DNA from: Rubrivivax sp.
GTDB lineage: Bacteria > Pseudomonadota > Gammaproteobacteria > Burkholderiales > Burkholderiaceae_C
DNA length: 64,000 bases
Assembly (NCBI GenBank): GCA_046348145.1
Contig: JAXMET010000010.1
Location: forward strand, 89,951-153,950
Direction of reading: 5' to 3'
The position numbers and the translations under genes are program-made. Under the pieces are notes generated by a model, which was given only the letters and a program-made list of their open reading frames with translations, was not told where the DNA came from and did no database searches. Of this stretch, positions 20,062-31,515 are shown in pieces (within the stretch, counting starts at the first letter, position 1; each line of letters starts with the position of its first letter).

Positions 20062-22833
20062 CTACTTGGGCTGCACCGGCCCGGAGATGCGACGCACCGG
20101 AGCCTGGCCGCCGGTGGTCGGCTGCCTGGCGCTGGCGATGCCGGAGGCCCCGCTGCCCGGCACGAAGCGGACGTCGTCGAGCCACGCCGTGTCGGACCCG
20201 CGCACGACGCTGCCGTCCTTGCTGTAGGTCCACGCCAGCACATGCGTGCCCTCGGGGATGAACCAGCTCTCCTCCAGCCAGGACCATTCCCCGCTCATCT
20301 CCACCTGGCTCCAGCCGTCGACGGCGAAACGCAGGAAGTCGAAGCCGGCCTCCGACGACACGCGCCACGCGAAGCTCAGCAGGCCCGGACCGGTCACCTG
20401 CGTCTGCACCGAGCTCTGCTGCGAGTCGCCGATGGTGCCGCTCTTCAGCGCCGAGCCGCCGCGCACCCACTGCAGGGACTGGGGCGCCCAGCCGCTGGCG
20501 CCGGAGGTGCTCCACAGCAGGGCCGTCTGGTCGAGCGCCTGGCCGAGGCCGTTGTCGATGCCGAAGTTCGCCACCGCGGCCGTGGCGCCGACCATCAGCA
20601 GCGTGCAGCCTGGGCTCGTGCCGCTGCACGCGCCGGACCAGCCGCGGAAGGTCCATCCGGGCGCCGGCGTCGCCGTCAGCGTGATGCTGCTGCCGGCGGG
20701 CAGCGACACGTTGCAGGCCCCGGAGCCTCCGCAGTCGATGCCGGCGGGCTGGCTGCCGACGTGCCCCTGGCCCTGCCGCAGCACGCTCAGCCGCATCGGC
20801 CCGGCCGGGGACTCGTCGTCGAGGATGGCGACCGTGGCCGTCGTGATGGCGCCGAGCGACATGCCCGTGGGCTCGGACAGCGTCACCGTCAGCGTCTCGA
20901 CCGGCTCGGGCAGCCGGTCGTTGACGATGGTCAACACCAGGTTGGCGGTGGTCGCCCCGTTGCCGAAGCGCAGCGTGCCGCTGCTGGCCTTGTAGTCGCG
21001 CCCCGAGGTGGCCGAGCGGCCGGTCACGGTGTACTTCACGCGCGCGGTGCCGGTCCCGAGATTGCGGACCACCGGGATCGTGAGCCGGGACGTCGCCTCG
21101 TTCACCACGTAGGCGGCGCTCGAGAAGCCGACCGTCACGGGCACGTCGTCGTCCTCGATGACCACGGTGGCCGTGCCCGGCGTGCCGATGGCGCCCATGC
21201 TGGGCGACGACAGCGCCACGACGAAGGACTCGGTCGGCTCCGACTGCGTGTCGTTGACGATCGGCACCGTGATGCTGGCGCTGGCCACGCCGTCGCCGAA
21301 GTTCAGCGTGCCGCTGCGCGCCTGGTAGTCGAGGCCGGCCAGGGCCGTGCCGTCGGCGGTGGCATAGCGCACGCTGGCGCTGCCGATCGGGACCGTGCGC
21401 GTCACCGTCAGCACGACGCTGGGCGTGCCCTCGCGCACCACCTGCGTCGCGGCGGCGAATCGGAACTCGTTGTTCGCCAGGCCGAGCGCGGCCACCAGGT
21501 CGAGCATGGGCTTGGCGAGTCCGTTGCGCGCGTCGGTCAGCGGCGGACCGGCGCGCAGCCGGGTCACCAGCGCGGCCGTGGTGGCGGCCGGGAACGCGGC
21601 CCGCAGCACCGCCGCGGCGCCGGCCACGTGCGGTGTCGCCTGAGAGGTACCGCCCTGCGTGATGCCGGCCGCCGTGATCATCGCCCCCGGCGCCACCATG
21701 GTCAGGAAGGGCGCGCTGTTCGAGAAGCAGGTCATGCGCAGGGCCTGCGTGCTGGCGTCGGTGCACGCGAGCCAGGCGCGTGAGCCCACGGCGGCGTCGT
21801 AGAACGCCCCCACCGACACCACGTTGGAGTACGCCCCCGGCAGGTTCATCGAGTCGAGAAAGGCGTTGTTGCCCGACGCTGCCACCACGACGATGCCCGC
21901 ATCCACGGCCGACTGGATCGCCAGCCCCCACGCGTCGACGGGCGCCTGCGCCGCAAAGTGGCGCCCGCCACCCAGGCTCATGTTGATCGCCGCGATGTTG
22001 TGGACGGACCGATTGGCGACGCACCAGTTGATGGCGCCGATGACGTCCGCGTTGTAGGCCAACCCGTCCTGGCGGAACACATCCAGCGCGGCGATGCGCG
22101 CCCCCGGCGCGACGCCGAGCACGATGCCCGCCACGTTGGTGCCGTGGCCGTTGTCGTCGAGCTGGCCGTCGTTGACGGGCGTGAAGTCGGCCGCCACCAC
22201 CACGCGGCAGGTGGGTCCGGGCGTCGTGCAAGCGCCGAACGCAGGCAGCCGGTAGTCCACGCCGGTGTCGAGCACCGCGACCGTGGTGCCGCTGCCCAGT
22301 TGTCCCGCAGCGGCCGCGGCGGGCTGGCGTGTCAGGGGCAGGCTCTCGGCCAGCGTGGCCTCGGTCGCGATCACCTCGTCGACACGCAGCACCGCGCCCA
22401 TCGACGACAGCCGCTCCAGGGCGGCGGCCGAGTGCAGGCGAAGGTGCAGCAGCGGCAGGTGCGAGTACGACGTCAGCAGCTGGGCATCCGCGCCCAGCGC
22501 GCCCGCCAGCACCGGGCCCTTCAGCGCCTCGAGCAGCACCTGGCGCAGGGCCAGTCGCTGCTCGTAGCCGGCCCCGGTCATGCGGTGCAGCGGCTCGGAG
22601 GCCAGTCCGGAGCTGGACTCGGCGGCACGCTCCTGCGTGTCGTCCAGCACCACCAGCACCTCCACCGCCTTGCCGGCGGCGAGGGCCTGCGGCACCGTCG
22701 CGGCCACGGTCACGCCGGGCCCGGCCGCCAGCGCCGCGCCGGGCGACAGCACGCAGGCGCACCAGACCATCACCAGCCACCACCACGGCCGCTCGTGCGG
22801 CCGCCTCGTCGTTGCGCGACGTCGAATCTCCAT
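20062..22833 (-). CDS. Secreted S8 (subtilisin-like) serine peptidase with propeptide, two Calx-beta domains, an InlB B-repeat-like domain and a C-terminal beta-sandwich
   Basis: Triad motifs VAVLDTG, GHGTNVAG, GTSQATPHVAG; Calx-beta TADGTALAGLDY..SGTLNF..IVND..E..E; TLTATPAPGWTFRGWSGAC. Confidence 0.88.
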   Translation of the reverse strand: MEIRRRATTRRPHERPWWWLVMVWCACVLSPGAALAAGPGVTVAATVPQALAAGKAVEVLVVLDDTQERAAESSSGLASEPLHRMTGAGYEQRLALRQVLLEALKGPVLAGALGADAQLLTSYSHLPLLHLRLHSAAALERLSSMGAVLRVDEVIATEATLAESLPLTRQPAAAAAGQLGSGTTVAVLDTGVDYRLPAFGACTTPGPTCRVVVAADFTPVNDGQLDDNGHGTNVAGIVLGVAPGARIAALDVFRQDGLAYNADVIGAINWCVANRSVHNIAAINMSLGGGRHFAAQAPVDAWGLAIQSAVDAGIVVVAASGNNAFLDSMNLPGAYSNVVSVGAFYDAAVGSRAWLACTDASTQALRMTCFSNSAPFLTMVAPGAMITAAGITQGGTSQATPHVAGAAAVLRAAFPAATTAALVTRLRAGPPLTDARNGLAKPMLDLVAALGLANNEFRFAAATQVVREGTPSVVLTVTRTVPIGSASVRYATADGTALAGLDYQARSGTLNFGDGVASASITVPIVNDTQSEPTESFVVALSSPSMGAIGTPGTATVVIEDDDVPVTVGFSSAAYVVNEATSRLTIPVVRNLGTGTARVKYTVTGRSATSGRDYKASSGTLRFGNGATTANLVLTIVNDRLPEPVETLTVTLSEPTGMSLGAITTATVAILDDESPAGPMRLSVLRQGQGHVGSQPAGIDCGGSGACNVSLPAGSSITLTATPAPGWTFRGWSGACSGTSPGCTLLMVGATAAVANFGIDNGLGQALDQTALLWSTSGASGWAPQSLQWVRGGSALKSGTIGDSQQSSVQTQVTGPGLLSFAWRVSSEAGFDFLRFAVDGWSQVEMSGEWSWLEESWFIPEGTHVLAWTYSKDGSVVRGSDTAWLDDVRFVPGSGASGIASARQPTTGGQAPVRRISGPVQPK

Positions 22834-23089
22834 CTCGTATCCCCCTGTGTCGTTGCTGACGCGTGATGACGCGGCGGCCCGGCATCGGGCCGTGCCGCGG
22901 CGTGGCCCTGTCGACCACGCCCACGCACGCTAGGCACCCGAGGCGGTGCCGGCATCATCAGTTAGGTGCATCGTTGGAGCCTGGCAGCGCGTGCATCCTC
23001 AGACCGTCGGATGTCCGGGGCTTGCGGCCCGGCACCCACCGGTCGGGGGCGGGCGCTGCAGTGCCCGTGCGTTGGCGATCGGTTGTGAC

Positions 23090-23402
23090 GCCACGGTCCG
23101 CCTTCTCGACGCCGGCTGCGGTGCCGGCTACGAGGTGAAGGAAATGCAGGAGCGCCTGACAACGCCCGCCTGACAGCCGGCGAGGGCTCGGCCCTTGACC
23201 GCCCGGTGGTGGACGGCTTCTTCGGCACCCGCACGCAGAGCCGCATGCTGGAGGTCCGGCGCGGCCATGCGCTCGCCGCCGACGGCATGGGCGACCGCGC
23301 ACCTGGGCCGTGCTCGAGGCCGTGCTGGTCACCATCCCAGGGCTTCAGGTCAGTCGCCCGATGGGCGGTGGCGGCACGCCCGGCGCAGGTGCAGGCCCCT
23401 GA
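23090..23402 (+). pseudogene. Degraded peptidoglycan-binding-domain (PG_binding_1-like) gene remnant
   Basis: Fragments G.EVKEMQERL, VVDGFFGTRT...HALAADGM.G and TWAVL in different frames, with an internal stop; boundaries approximate. Confidence 0.5.
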
Positions 23403-23430
23403 TCCGGGTAGAACGGTTCGCCGGCCGCGC

Positions 23431-25134
<1,704 letters not shown>

Positions 25135-25301
25135 CTCGCACCTCCTGCTTGTGGCAGACGGGGTTGCGGCCCCGCTCGGATGACGGTCCTGGTGCGATCT
25201 GCATCAAGACCGGGCATTTCCGGCGTCCGGCGGGCCCGATGCGGAACACGGTGCAAGAAGCACGCCCTGCCGCGCCCCCGTTGCCGTCGAGTCGGAGTCA
25301 A

Positions 25302-25315
25302 TTGACGTAGATCAA
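25302..25315. promoter_or_regulatory. FNR/FixK-type box upstream of nifA
   Basis: TTGAC-GTAG-ATCAA, 9/10 match to TTGAT-N4-ATCAA, in a very GC-rich background. Confidence 0.75.
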
Positions 25316-25346
25316 CCGGGTGCGGGCGGCGCACACCGGCGCGTCC

Positions 25347-25814
25347 TCAGGCCGCGCGCAGGGCGATGAGGCGCTGCAGTTCGGCCACGTGTTCGGCCTC
25401 CTCGTCGGCGAAGGCCTGCGCCAGGTGGCGCACCTCGACATCGGGCGAGGTGGCGGCCACCATCGCGTAGTACGCATGCCCACGCCGCTCGCTCGCCAGC
25501 GCCACGTCCAGCGCGCCGGCCGCATCGAGCTGCGCGTCGACGCCGGCCCAGTCGGCCACCTCGGGCGACAGCCCGTCGGGCCATTGCGCGTCCTCGTCCT
25601 TCAGCGCCGGCACCTCGCGGAAGGCGCCGCGTTTCATGGCCTCGGCCAGGTGCTTGCGCGAGTAGCGCGCCATGCGCGCGAAGAAGCGCTGCAGCTCGGC
25701 GTTGCCCTCGGTCTGCATCGCCGCGGCCAGCTCCTCGTAGCGGCGCGCGGCCTCGCGCTCGAGCGTGACCGCGTGGGCCAGGAAGAGCCTTACCTTGTCC
25801 ATGCGCGGCCTCAT
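25347..25814 (-). CDS. Ferritin-like/rubrerythrin-like diiron protein
   Basis: FLAHAVTLEREAARRYEELA, ALASERRGHAYY, FADEEAEHV (ExxH); ATGA overlap with fixX. Confidence 0.8.
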   Translation of the reverse strand: MRPRMDKVRLFLAHAVTLEREAARRYEELAAAMQTEGNAELQRFFARMARYSRKHLAEAMKRGAFREVPALKDEDAQWPDGLSPEVADWAGVDAQLDAAGALDVALASERRGHAYYAMVAATSPDVEVRHLAQAFADEEAEHVAELQRLIALRAA

Positions 25815-26107
25815 CCGAACTTGAACAGGATGCCGTGCCCGCCGCGCGGGTATTCCCAGGCCACGTTGCGGTGCTCGGTGCAGATGACACGGCAGCTGCC
25901 GCACTCCAGGCAGCCGTCGGTGATCAGCGTGACGCTGCGGTTGCCTTCGGCGCTGTAGCAGCCGGCCGGGCAGACGAAGGTGCAGGCCTGGTCGCGGCAG
26001 TCGTTGGCACAGACCTCGGGGGCCTTGATCTGGATGTGCGGCCGCCCGGCGTCGACGCGGTAGCGGTTCTGGAACAGCTTGTCCTGGACGTTGACCCCGG
26101 CGCTCAT
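25811..26107 (-). CDS. fixX: Ferredoxin-like FixX
   Basis: [45 protein letters not shown]. Confidence 0.95.
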   Translation of the reverse strand: MSAGVNVQDKLFQNRYRVDAGRPHIQIKAPEVCANDCRDQACTFVCPAGCYSAEGNRSVTLITDGCLECGSCRVICTEHRNVAWEYPRGGHGILFKFG

Positions 26108-27411
26108 CGCACGGCCCTCCACAGGTTGAACGCGTCCTTCACCAGACCCTTCCAGCCGCGGCTGGCCTTGAAGCTGCGCAGCACCTCGCGCTCCTTGCTG
26201 CGCTTGTCCACGCCGTCCACCGTGAGCATGGTGCGCGCGGCCTGGCTCAGCAGCTGCGGGTAGCCGTCGAAGAAGTGCGGGTTGCCGTGCAGCACGCCGG
26301 GCAGGTCGCGGTACTTGTGCAGGTCCTTCATCACGAAGCTGTCGTCGAGCCGCGCCTTGTAGGCGCGCAGCGTGGCGGCGCTCATCGGCAGCCCCTCGGC
26401 CCTGGCCTCGACCACGGTCTCGGCGGCCAGACGGCCGGTGGTCATGGCCAGGTTGCTGCCCTCGCGGTGCATGGCGTTGACGAAGCCGCCGCTGTCGCCC
26501 ACGATCATCCAGCCGTCGCCGTAGACCTGCGGCACGGCGTGGAAGCCGCCTTCCGGAATGAGGTGCGCGCAGTACTCCTTCATCTCGCCACCCTCGATCA
26601 GCGGCGCGATGCTGGGGTGCTTCTTCAGCTTCTCCAGCAGCGCGTAGGGCGAGGTGCGGCGGGCGTTGGCCTTGAAGTCCGACAGCAGGCAGCCCACGCC
26701 GATGGTGAGCGAGTCCTTGTTGGTGTAGAGGAAGCCCGTGCCCACCATGCCCTCGGTGACCGAGCCCATCATCTCGATCACCACGCCTTCCTCGTCCTTG
26801 ACGTTGAAGCGCTGCGCGATCACCTCCTCGGGCAGGAACAGGATCTCCTTGACCGCCAGCGCCACGTGGCCGGCGCTCAGCTCGCCGTGGAAGCCGGCCT
26901 TGCGCGCCAGCGTGGAGTTGACGCCGTCGGCCAGGATCACCACGTCGGCGAACACGTCGCCGCCCATGCGGTCGCAGCGCACGCCCACCACCTTGCGGCC
27001 GTCCATCAGCAGCTGCTCGACCGTGGTCTCGCAGATCAGCAGCGCGCCCGCCTCGCGCACCTTGGACGAGAACCACTTGTCGAACTGCGCGCGGATGATG
27101 GTGTAGCGGTTGTACGGCGGCGTGTTCGACTGCTGGCTGCGGTAGTGCGTGCCGACGAAGCTCTCGTCGTCCAGCACCCACAGGCGCTGCTCGATGACGT
27201 GGCGCTCCAGCGGCGCGTCGTCGCGGAAGTCGGGCACGATGCGCTCCAGCGCGTCGGCGTAGAGGATCGCCCCCTGCACGTTCTTGCTGCCGGGGTATTC
27301 GCCGCGCTCGATCTGCAGCACCTTCAAGCCGGCCTTGGCCGCGGTGTAGGCGGCGGCGTTGCCCGACGGGCCGGCGCCGACGACGATGACGTCGAATCGT
27401 TCGGTGGTCAT
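26104..27411 (-). CDS. fixC: ETF-quinone oxidoreductase FixC
   Basis: [38 protein letters not shown]. Confidence 0.95.
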   Translation of the reverse strand: MTTERFDVIVVGAGPSGNAAAYTAAKAGLKVLQIERGEYPGSKNVQGAILYADALERIVPDFRDDAPLERHVIEQRLWVLDDESFVGTHYRSQQSNTPPYNRYTIIRAQFDKWFSSKVREAGALLICETTVEQLLMDGRKVVGVRCDRMGGDVFADVVILADGVNSTLARKAGFHGELSAGHVALAVKEILFLPEEVIAQRFNVKDEEGVVIEMMGSVTEGMVGTGFLYTNKDSLTIGVGCLLSDFKANARRTSPYALLEKLKKHPSIAPLIEGGEMKEYCAHLIPEGGFHAVPQVYGDGWMIVGDSGGFVNAMHREGSNLAMTTGRLAAETVVEARAEGLPMSAATLRAYKARLDDSFVMKDLHKYRDLPGVLHGNPHFFDGYPQLLSQAARTMLTVDGVDKRSKEREVLRSFKASRGWKGLVKDAFNLWRAVR

Positions 27412-27424
27412 GGTGGGGGCTCCT

Positions 27425-28534
27425 TCAGGCGACCTTGCGCACGCGCTTGTCCAGGTGCTGGCGGAAGGCCTGCGTCAGCGCCGGCAGCACCTGCAGCGCG
27501 TTGCCCACGATGCCGTGGTGCGCGAAATCGAAGATCGGCGCCGCCGGGTCGCTGTTGATGGCGACGATCACGTCGGCGCCCTCCATGCCCACGCGGTGCT
27601 GGATCGCGCCGCTGATGCCGGCGGCGATGTAGAGCTTGGGCCGCACCGTCTTGCCGGTCTGCCCCACCTGGCGCTCGGCCTCCAGCCAGCCGGCCTGCAC
27701 CACCGGGCGCGTGCAGCCCACCTCGGCGCCCAGCACGCGCGCCAGGTCGAACACGAGGCGGAAGTTGTCGGCAGTCTTCAGCCCCTTGCCGCCCGACACG
27801 ATCACGTCGGCATAGGGCAGGTTCACGGTGTTGCGGCTGGCGTCGGGGATGAACTCGATCAGCTTGGTGACGACGTCGGCCTCGACCATGCCGAGCGTGC
27901 CTTCGATCACCGGACCCTGGCGCGCCGCGTCGCGGCGCGGCATCGGCATCACGCGCGGGCGCACGGTGGCCATCTGCGGCCGGTAGGCCAGCGTCATGAT
28001 CGTGCACAGCAGGCTGCCGCCGAAGGTGGGCCGCGTGGCCGCCAGTGCCCGCGAGGCGGGGTCGATGTTGAGCTCGGTGCAGTCCGCCGTGAGTCCGGTG
28101 GACAGCGTGGTGGCCACCGATCCGGCCAGGTCGCGGCCCATCGTGGTGGCGCCCAGCAGCACGATCTCGGGCTGGTGGCGGTTGACGAGATCGGTCAGGC
28201 CCTTGGTGAAGGGCTCGTTGCGGTAGCCCTTGAGCACCGGGTCGCGCACCACGTGGCACTGGTCGGCGCCGAAGGTGCAGGCCTCGGCGGCGAAGGCGTC
28301 CAGCGGCTCGTCGGGCCCGCCGAGCACGACGCCGCTGACCGGGCTGCCCAGCTGGTCGGCCAGCCGGCGCGCGGCGCCCAGCAGTTCCCAGCTGACCGTG
28401 TGCACATGGCCGCGGTCGTGCTCGATGAAGACCCAGACGCCCTTGTAGGCCTTCAGGTGCTCGGGCAGTTCGAGGTTGCGGCCGGCGCGGCCGGCCGGCC
28501 TGGGGCGGGCGGGCGAATCGGGGGTGGCGGACAT
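27425..28534 (-). CDS. fixB: Electron transfer flavoprotein alpha FixB
   Basis: [42 protein letters not shown]. Confidence 0.95.
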   Translation of the reverse strand: MSATPDSPARPRPAGRAGRNLELPEHLKAYKGVWVFIEHDRGHVHTVSWELLGAARRLADQLGSPVSGVVLGGPDEPLDAFAAEACTFGADQCHVVRDPVLKGYRNEPFTKGLTDLVNRHQPEIVLLGATTMGRDLAGSVATTLSTGLTADCTELNIDPASRALAATRPTFGGSLLCTIMTLAYRPQMATVRPRVMPMPRRDAARQGPVIEGTLGMVEADVVTKLIEFIPDASRNTVNLPYADVIVSGGKGLKTADNFRLVFDLARVLGAEVGCTRPVVQAGWLEAERQVGQTGKTVRPKLYIAAGISGAIQHRVGMEGADVIVAINSDPAAPIFDFAHHGIVGNALQVLPALTQAFRQHLDKRVRKVA

Positions 28535-28545
28535 GGCGATCCCTT

Positions 28546-29394
28546 TCAGGCGGACAGGCGCTCGACGAGCTCGTCCTCGAGCTGCGGGTGCTGCGTGAAC
28601 AGGCTCTGCAGCAGGTTCTTGACGCTGTCGTCGACGCTGCTGTCGGCCACCGAGAAGGTCTCGGCCCGGCGCTCGCGCGGGGTCGGGCCGAAGACCTTGC
28701 TGACCACCGTGGGCGAGCCCTTCAGGCCGATCCTGGCCACGTCCTCGATGCCGGCCTCGTCCTTGTTCCAGCGCCGCACCGGGAAGCGCGCGGCGCGCAG
28801 CATGTCGGCCAGGCTGGCGAAGCGCATCTCGTTGGTGCCTTCCAGCATCGTGATGAGCGAGGGCAGCGTCGTGTCCAGCAGCTGCACGCCGCCCTCGGCG
28901 CGACGCTCGACCTGCAGACGCCGCCGGTCGAGGTCGACCGCGACGATGCGGCTCACGTAGGTGAGCAGGTTCAGGCCCAGGCGCTTGGCGATGCCCGGGC
29001 CCACCTGCGCGGTGTCGCCGTCGATGGTCTGCTTGCCGGTGAACACCAGGTCCACCGACTGCTCGCGGCCGATCTGGCGGATGGCGGCGGCGAGCGCGTA
29101 GCTGGTGGCCAGCGTGTCGGCGCCGGCGAAGGCGCGGTCGGTGACGAGCACGGCGTCGCTGGCACCGAAGCTCACGCACTTGCGCAGCGCCTCCTCGGCC
29201 TGCGGCGGCCCCATGCACAGCACGGTGACGCGGCCGCCGAAGCGGTCCTTCAGGCGCAGCGCCTCTTCCAGCGCGAACAGGTCGTAGGGGTTGACGATGG
29301 CCGGCACGCCCTGGCGCATGATGGTGTTGGTGACCGGGTGCACGCGGATCTGCGCCGAGTCGGGCACCTGCTTGATGCAGACGACGATGTGCAT
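28546..29394 (-). CDS. fixA: Electron transfer flavoprotein beta FixA
   Basis: [43 protein letters not shown]. Confidence 0.95.
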   Translation of the reverse strand: MHIVVCIKQVPDSAQIRVHPVTNTIMRQGVPAIVNPYDLFALEEALRLKDRFGGRVTVLCMGPPQAEEALRKCVSFGASDAVLVTDRAFAGADTLATSYALAAAIRQIGREQSVDLVFTGKQTIDGDTAQVGPGIAKRLGLNLLTYVSRIVAVDLDRRRLQVERRAEGGVQLLDTTLPSLITMLEGTNEMRFASLADMLRAARFPVRRWNKDEAGIEDVARIGLKGSPTVVSKVFGPTPRERRAETFSVADSSVDDSVKNLLQSLFTQHPQLEDELVERLSA

Positions 29395-29417
29395 GAGGGC
29401 TCTCCTGGGATCGTGGC

Positions 29418-29765
29418 TCAGGCCGGCTGGCGCGCGCTGCGCCGTTCGGCCAGCGCGTGGCGCAGGCCGTCGACGCTGACCCGCTGGCCGTCGGCGTCCT
29501 GGAACACCTTGAACACCTTCTCGCGTGCGGCGGTGCTGACGGTGAAGTCGGCATAGGCCTGCGCCAGCAGCCGGCGGTAGCGCGCGAACAGCTCCACCTC
29601 GCCCAGCGGCGCCAGGCCCTCGTCGCGCGCCAGGTACTGGTGGAATCGCTTGAGCACGTGCAGCCGGTGCACGTTCAGCACCTGCGGGTCGTGCGGCAGC
29701 CCGAAGAAGTGCATGAAGTCCTCGGCGCTCGACAGGCGCTGCAGGCGGCGGGTCAGGTCTTCCAT
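29418..29765 (-). CDS. nifW: Nitrogenase-stabilizing protein NifW
   Basis: [27 protein letters not shown]. Confidence 0.93.
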   Translation of the reverse strand: MEDLTRRLQRLSSAEDFMHFFGLPHDPQVLNVHRLHVLKRFHQYLARDEGLAPLGEVELFARYRRLLAQAYADFTVSTAAREKVFKVFQDADGQRVSVDGLRHALAERRSARQPA

Positions 29766-29781
29766 CGGATCTCCGGATCGG

Positions 29782-30954
29782 TCAGGCGAGCGCGGGCCCG
29801 GCCTCGGGCCAGCCCTGCAGCTCGCGTCGGAACAACAGCAGCTCCACGTCCAGCGGCGCACGCTTGGTGCGCTCGACATGCGAACGCACGCGCGCCAGCA
29901 GCCCCTCGGCCTCGGCGTGCCCGAGCGTGAGGCCGAGCCGTGCATAGGCCGAGCGCAGCGCGGCGCTGCCCGAGTGCTTGCCCAGCACCGTGGCATGCGC
30001 GCGCCCCAGCTCGGCGGGGTCGAAGCCCTGGTAGGTGTGGGCCGACTTGAGCAGCCCGTCGACGTGGATGCCGCTCTCGTGCGTGAACACGGCGTCGCCG
30101 ACGATGCTCTTGTTGGCCGCCACCGCGCGCCCCGAGGCCAGCGCCACGCGCCGCGACAGCGCCGGCAGCGCGCGTGGGTCCACGCCGCAGTCCAGGCCGT
30201 GCAGGTGGCGCAGCGCCATCACCACCTCCTCGAGCGGCGCATTGCCGGCGCGCTCGCCCAGCCCGTTGACGGTGGTGCTGGCATGCGTGGCCCCGGCGCG
30301 CAGCGCGGCCAGCGTGTTGGCGGTGGCCAGGCCGAGGTCGTCGTGCGCGTGGATCTCGATCTCCAGCCCCGTGGCGGCGCGCAGCGCGGCGATGCGCTCG
30401 TGCGTGGCGAACGGGTCCAGCACGCCCAGCGTGTCGGCGAAGCGCACGCGGCAGGCGCCCAGCCGCTCGGCGCGCTGCGACAGCTCGGCCAGCCAGGCCG
30501 GGTCGGCACGCGAGGCGTCCTCCAGCCCCACGCTCACGCGCGGCGCCGCGTCCAGCGCACGCGGCAGCAGCCGCGCGAGCTCGGCGCGCAGCCAGGCCCG
30601 GTCGCGCCGCAGCTTGTGCGTGAGGTGGATGTCCGACGCCGGCAGCGTGAGGTGCAGCTGCTGCACGCCGCAGCGCGCCGCCTGTGCAAGGTCGGCCTCG
30701 GCCAGCCGGCACCAGACGATCAGCCGCGCCGGCAGGCGCAGCGCGGCGATGGCGCGGATCGCCTCGACCTCGGCATCGCCCATCACCGGAATGCCCACCT
30801 CCAGCTCCGGCACGCCGGCACGCGACAGCGCCTGCGCGATCGCCAGCTTCTCGTCGGGCGTGAAGGCCACGCCCGCGGTCTGCTCGCCATCGCGCAGCGT
30901 CGTGTCGGCGATCGTCGCACGTTGGAGCGTGGGGGGGCGGTCGATCGGGTTCAT
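29782..30954 (-). CDS. nifV: Homocitrate synthase
   Basis: DTTLRDGEQTAGVAF, HAHDDLGLATAN, GLGERAGNA, FTHESGIH; nif context. Confidence 0.95.
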   Translation of the reverse strand: MNPIDRPPTLQRATIADTTLRDGEQTAGVAFTPDEKLAIAQALSRAGVPELEVGIPVMGDAEVEAIRAIAALRLPARLIVWCRLAEADLAQAARCGVQQLHLTLPASDIHLTHKLRRDRAWLRAELARLLPRALDAAPRVSVGLEDASRADPAWLAELSQRAERLGACRVRFADTLGVLDPFATHERIAALRAATGLEIEIHAHDDLGLATANTLAALRAGATHASTTVNGLGERAGNAPLEEVVMALRHLHGLDCGVDPRALPALSRRVALASGRAVAANKSIVGDAVFTHESGIHVDGLLKSAHTYQGFDPAELGRAHATVLGKHSGSAALRSAYARLGLTLGHAEAEGLLARVRSHVERTKRAPLDVELLLFRRELQGWPEAGPALA

Positions 30955-30970
30955 CTCGCCCACCGGGTAC

Positions 30971-30985
30971 GCAAGCGTTGTGCCA
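30971..30985 (-). promoter_or_regulatory. Sigma54 -24/-12 promoter of nifVW-fixABCX
   Basis: TGGCAC-AACGC-TTGC on the minus strand. Confidence 0.88.
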
Positions 30986-31071
30986 GCAGCCGCGCGCCTG
31001 CGCCGTCCCTCGTGGCGCCCTGTCGCGCGGCCTGCCGCGCACCATGCCGTGCGCCATCGTGCGGTGTCGAT

Positions 31072-31087
31072 TGTGCGAACCGCGACA
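31072..31087. promoter_or_regulatory. NifA upstream activator sequence for nifV
   Basis: TGT-GCGAACCGCG-ACA (TGT-N10-ACA), ~90 bp upstream of the promoter. Confidence 0.8.
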
Positions 31088-31140
31088 GGCACGACACGAC
31101 CGTTGCGGCGGGTCGGGTGACGTCGACGGCCGCCATCGCG

Positions 31141-31515
31141 CTACTCGCGTGCGTGGTTGCGCGAGTGGCGCGGCAGCTCGATCACCAGCTCCACGCCCGG
31201 GCGCGTGGGCGCCAGGCGCACGCAGCAGGCCAGGCGCGATTGCGCGTCCAGCCCCCAGGCCTGGTCGAGCTGGTCCTCCTCGTCCTCGTCGGCCGCGGGC
31301 AGCGAGGCCAGGCCCTCGCGCACGTGCACGTGGCAGGTGGCGCAGGCGCCGACCTTCTCGCACGCGTGCTCGATCGCGATGCCGTGCGCCAGCAGCGCGT
31401 CGACGAGCGTGAGGCGCGCCGCGTCGATCGTGAACGAAGCGCCCTGCGGGCACAACGGCTCGTGCGGCAGCACGCGCACGCGGGTCTGGCGCGGCGGTCC
31501 GTCGGCGGCGGCCAT
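31141..31515 (-). CDS. fdx: ISC-type 2Fe-2S ferredoxin
   Basis: IEHACEKVGACATCHVHVREG, EEDQLDQAWGL..SRLAC, RNHARE. Confidence 0.92.
   Translation of the reverse strand: MAAADGPPRQTRVRVLPHEPLCPQGASFTIDAARLTLVDALLAHGIAIEHACEKVGACATCHVHVREGLASLPAADEDEEDQLDQAWGLDAQSRLACCVRLAPTRPGVELVIELPRHSRNHARE

Noticed and set aside
23098-23135. LLDAGCGAG resembles SAM-methyltransferase motif I
   Set aside because: No other methyltransferase motifs follow; the context fits a PG-binding domain start better.
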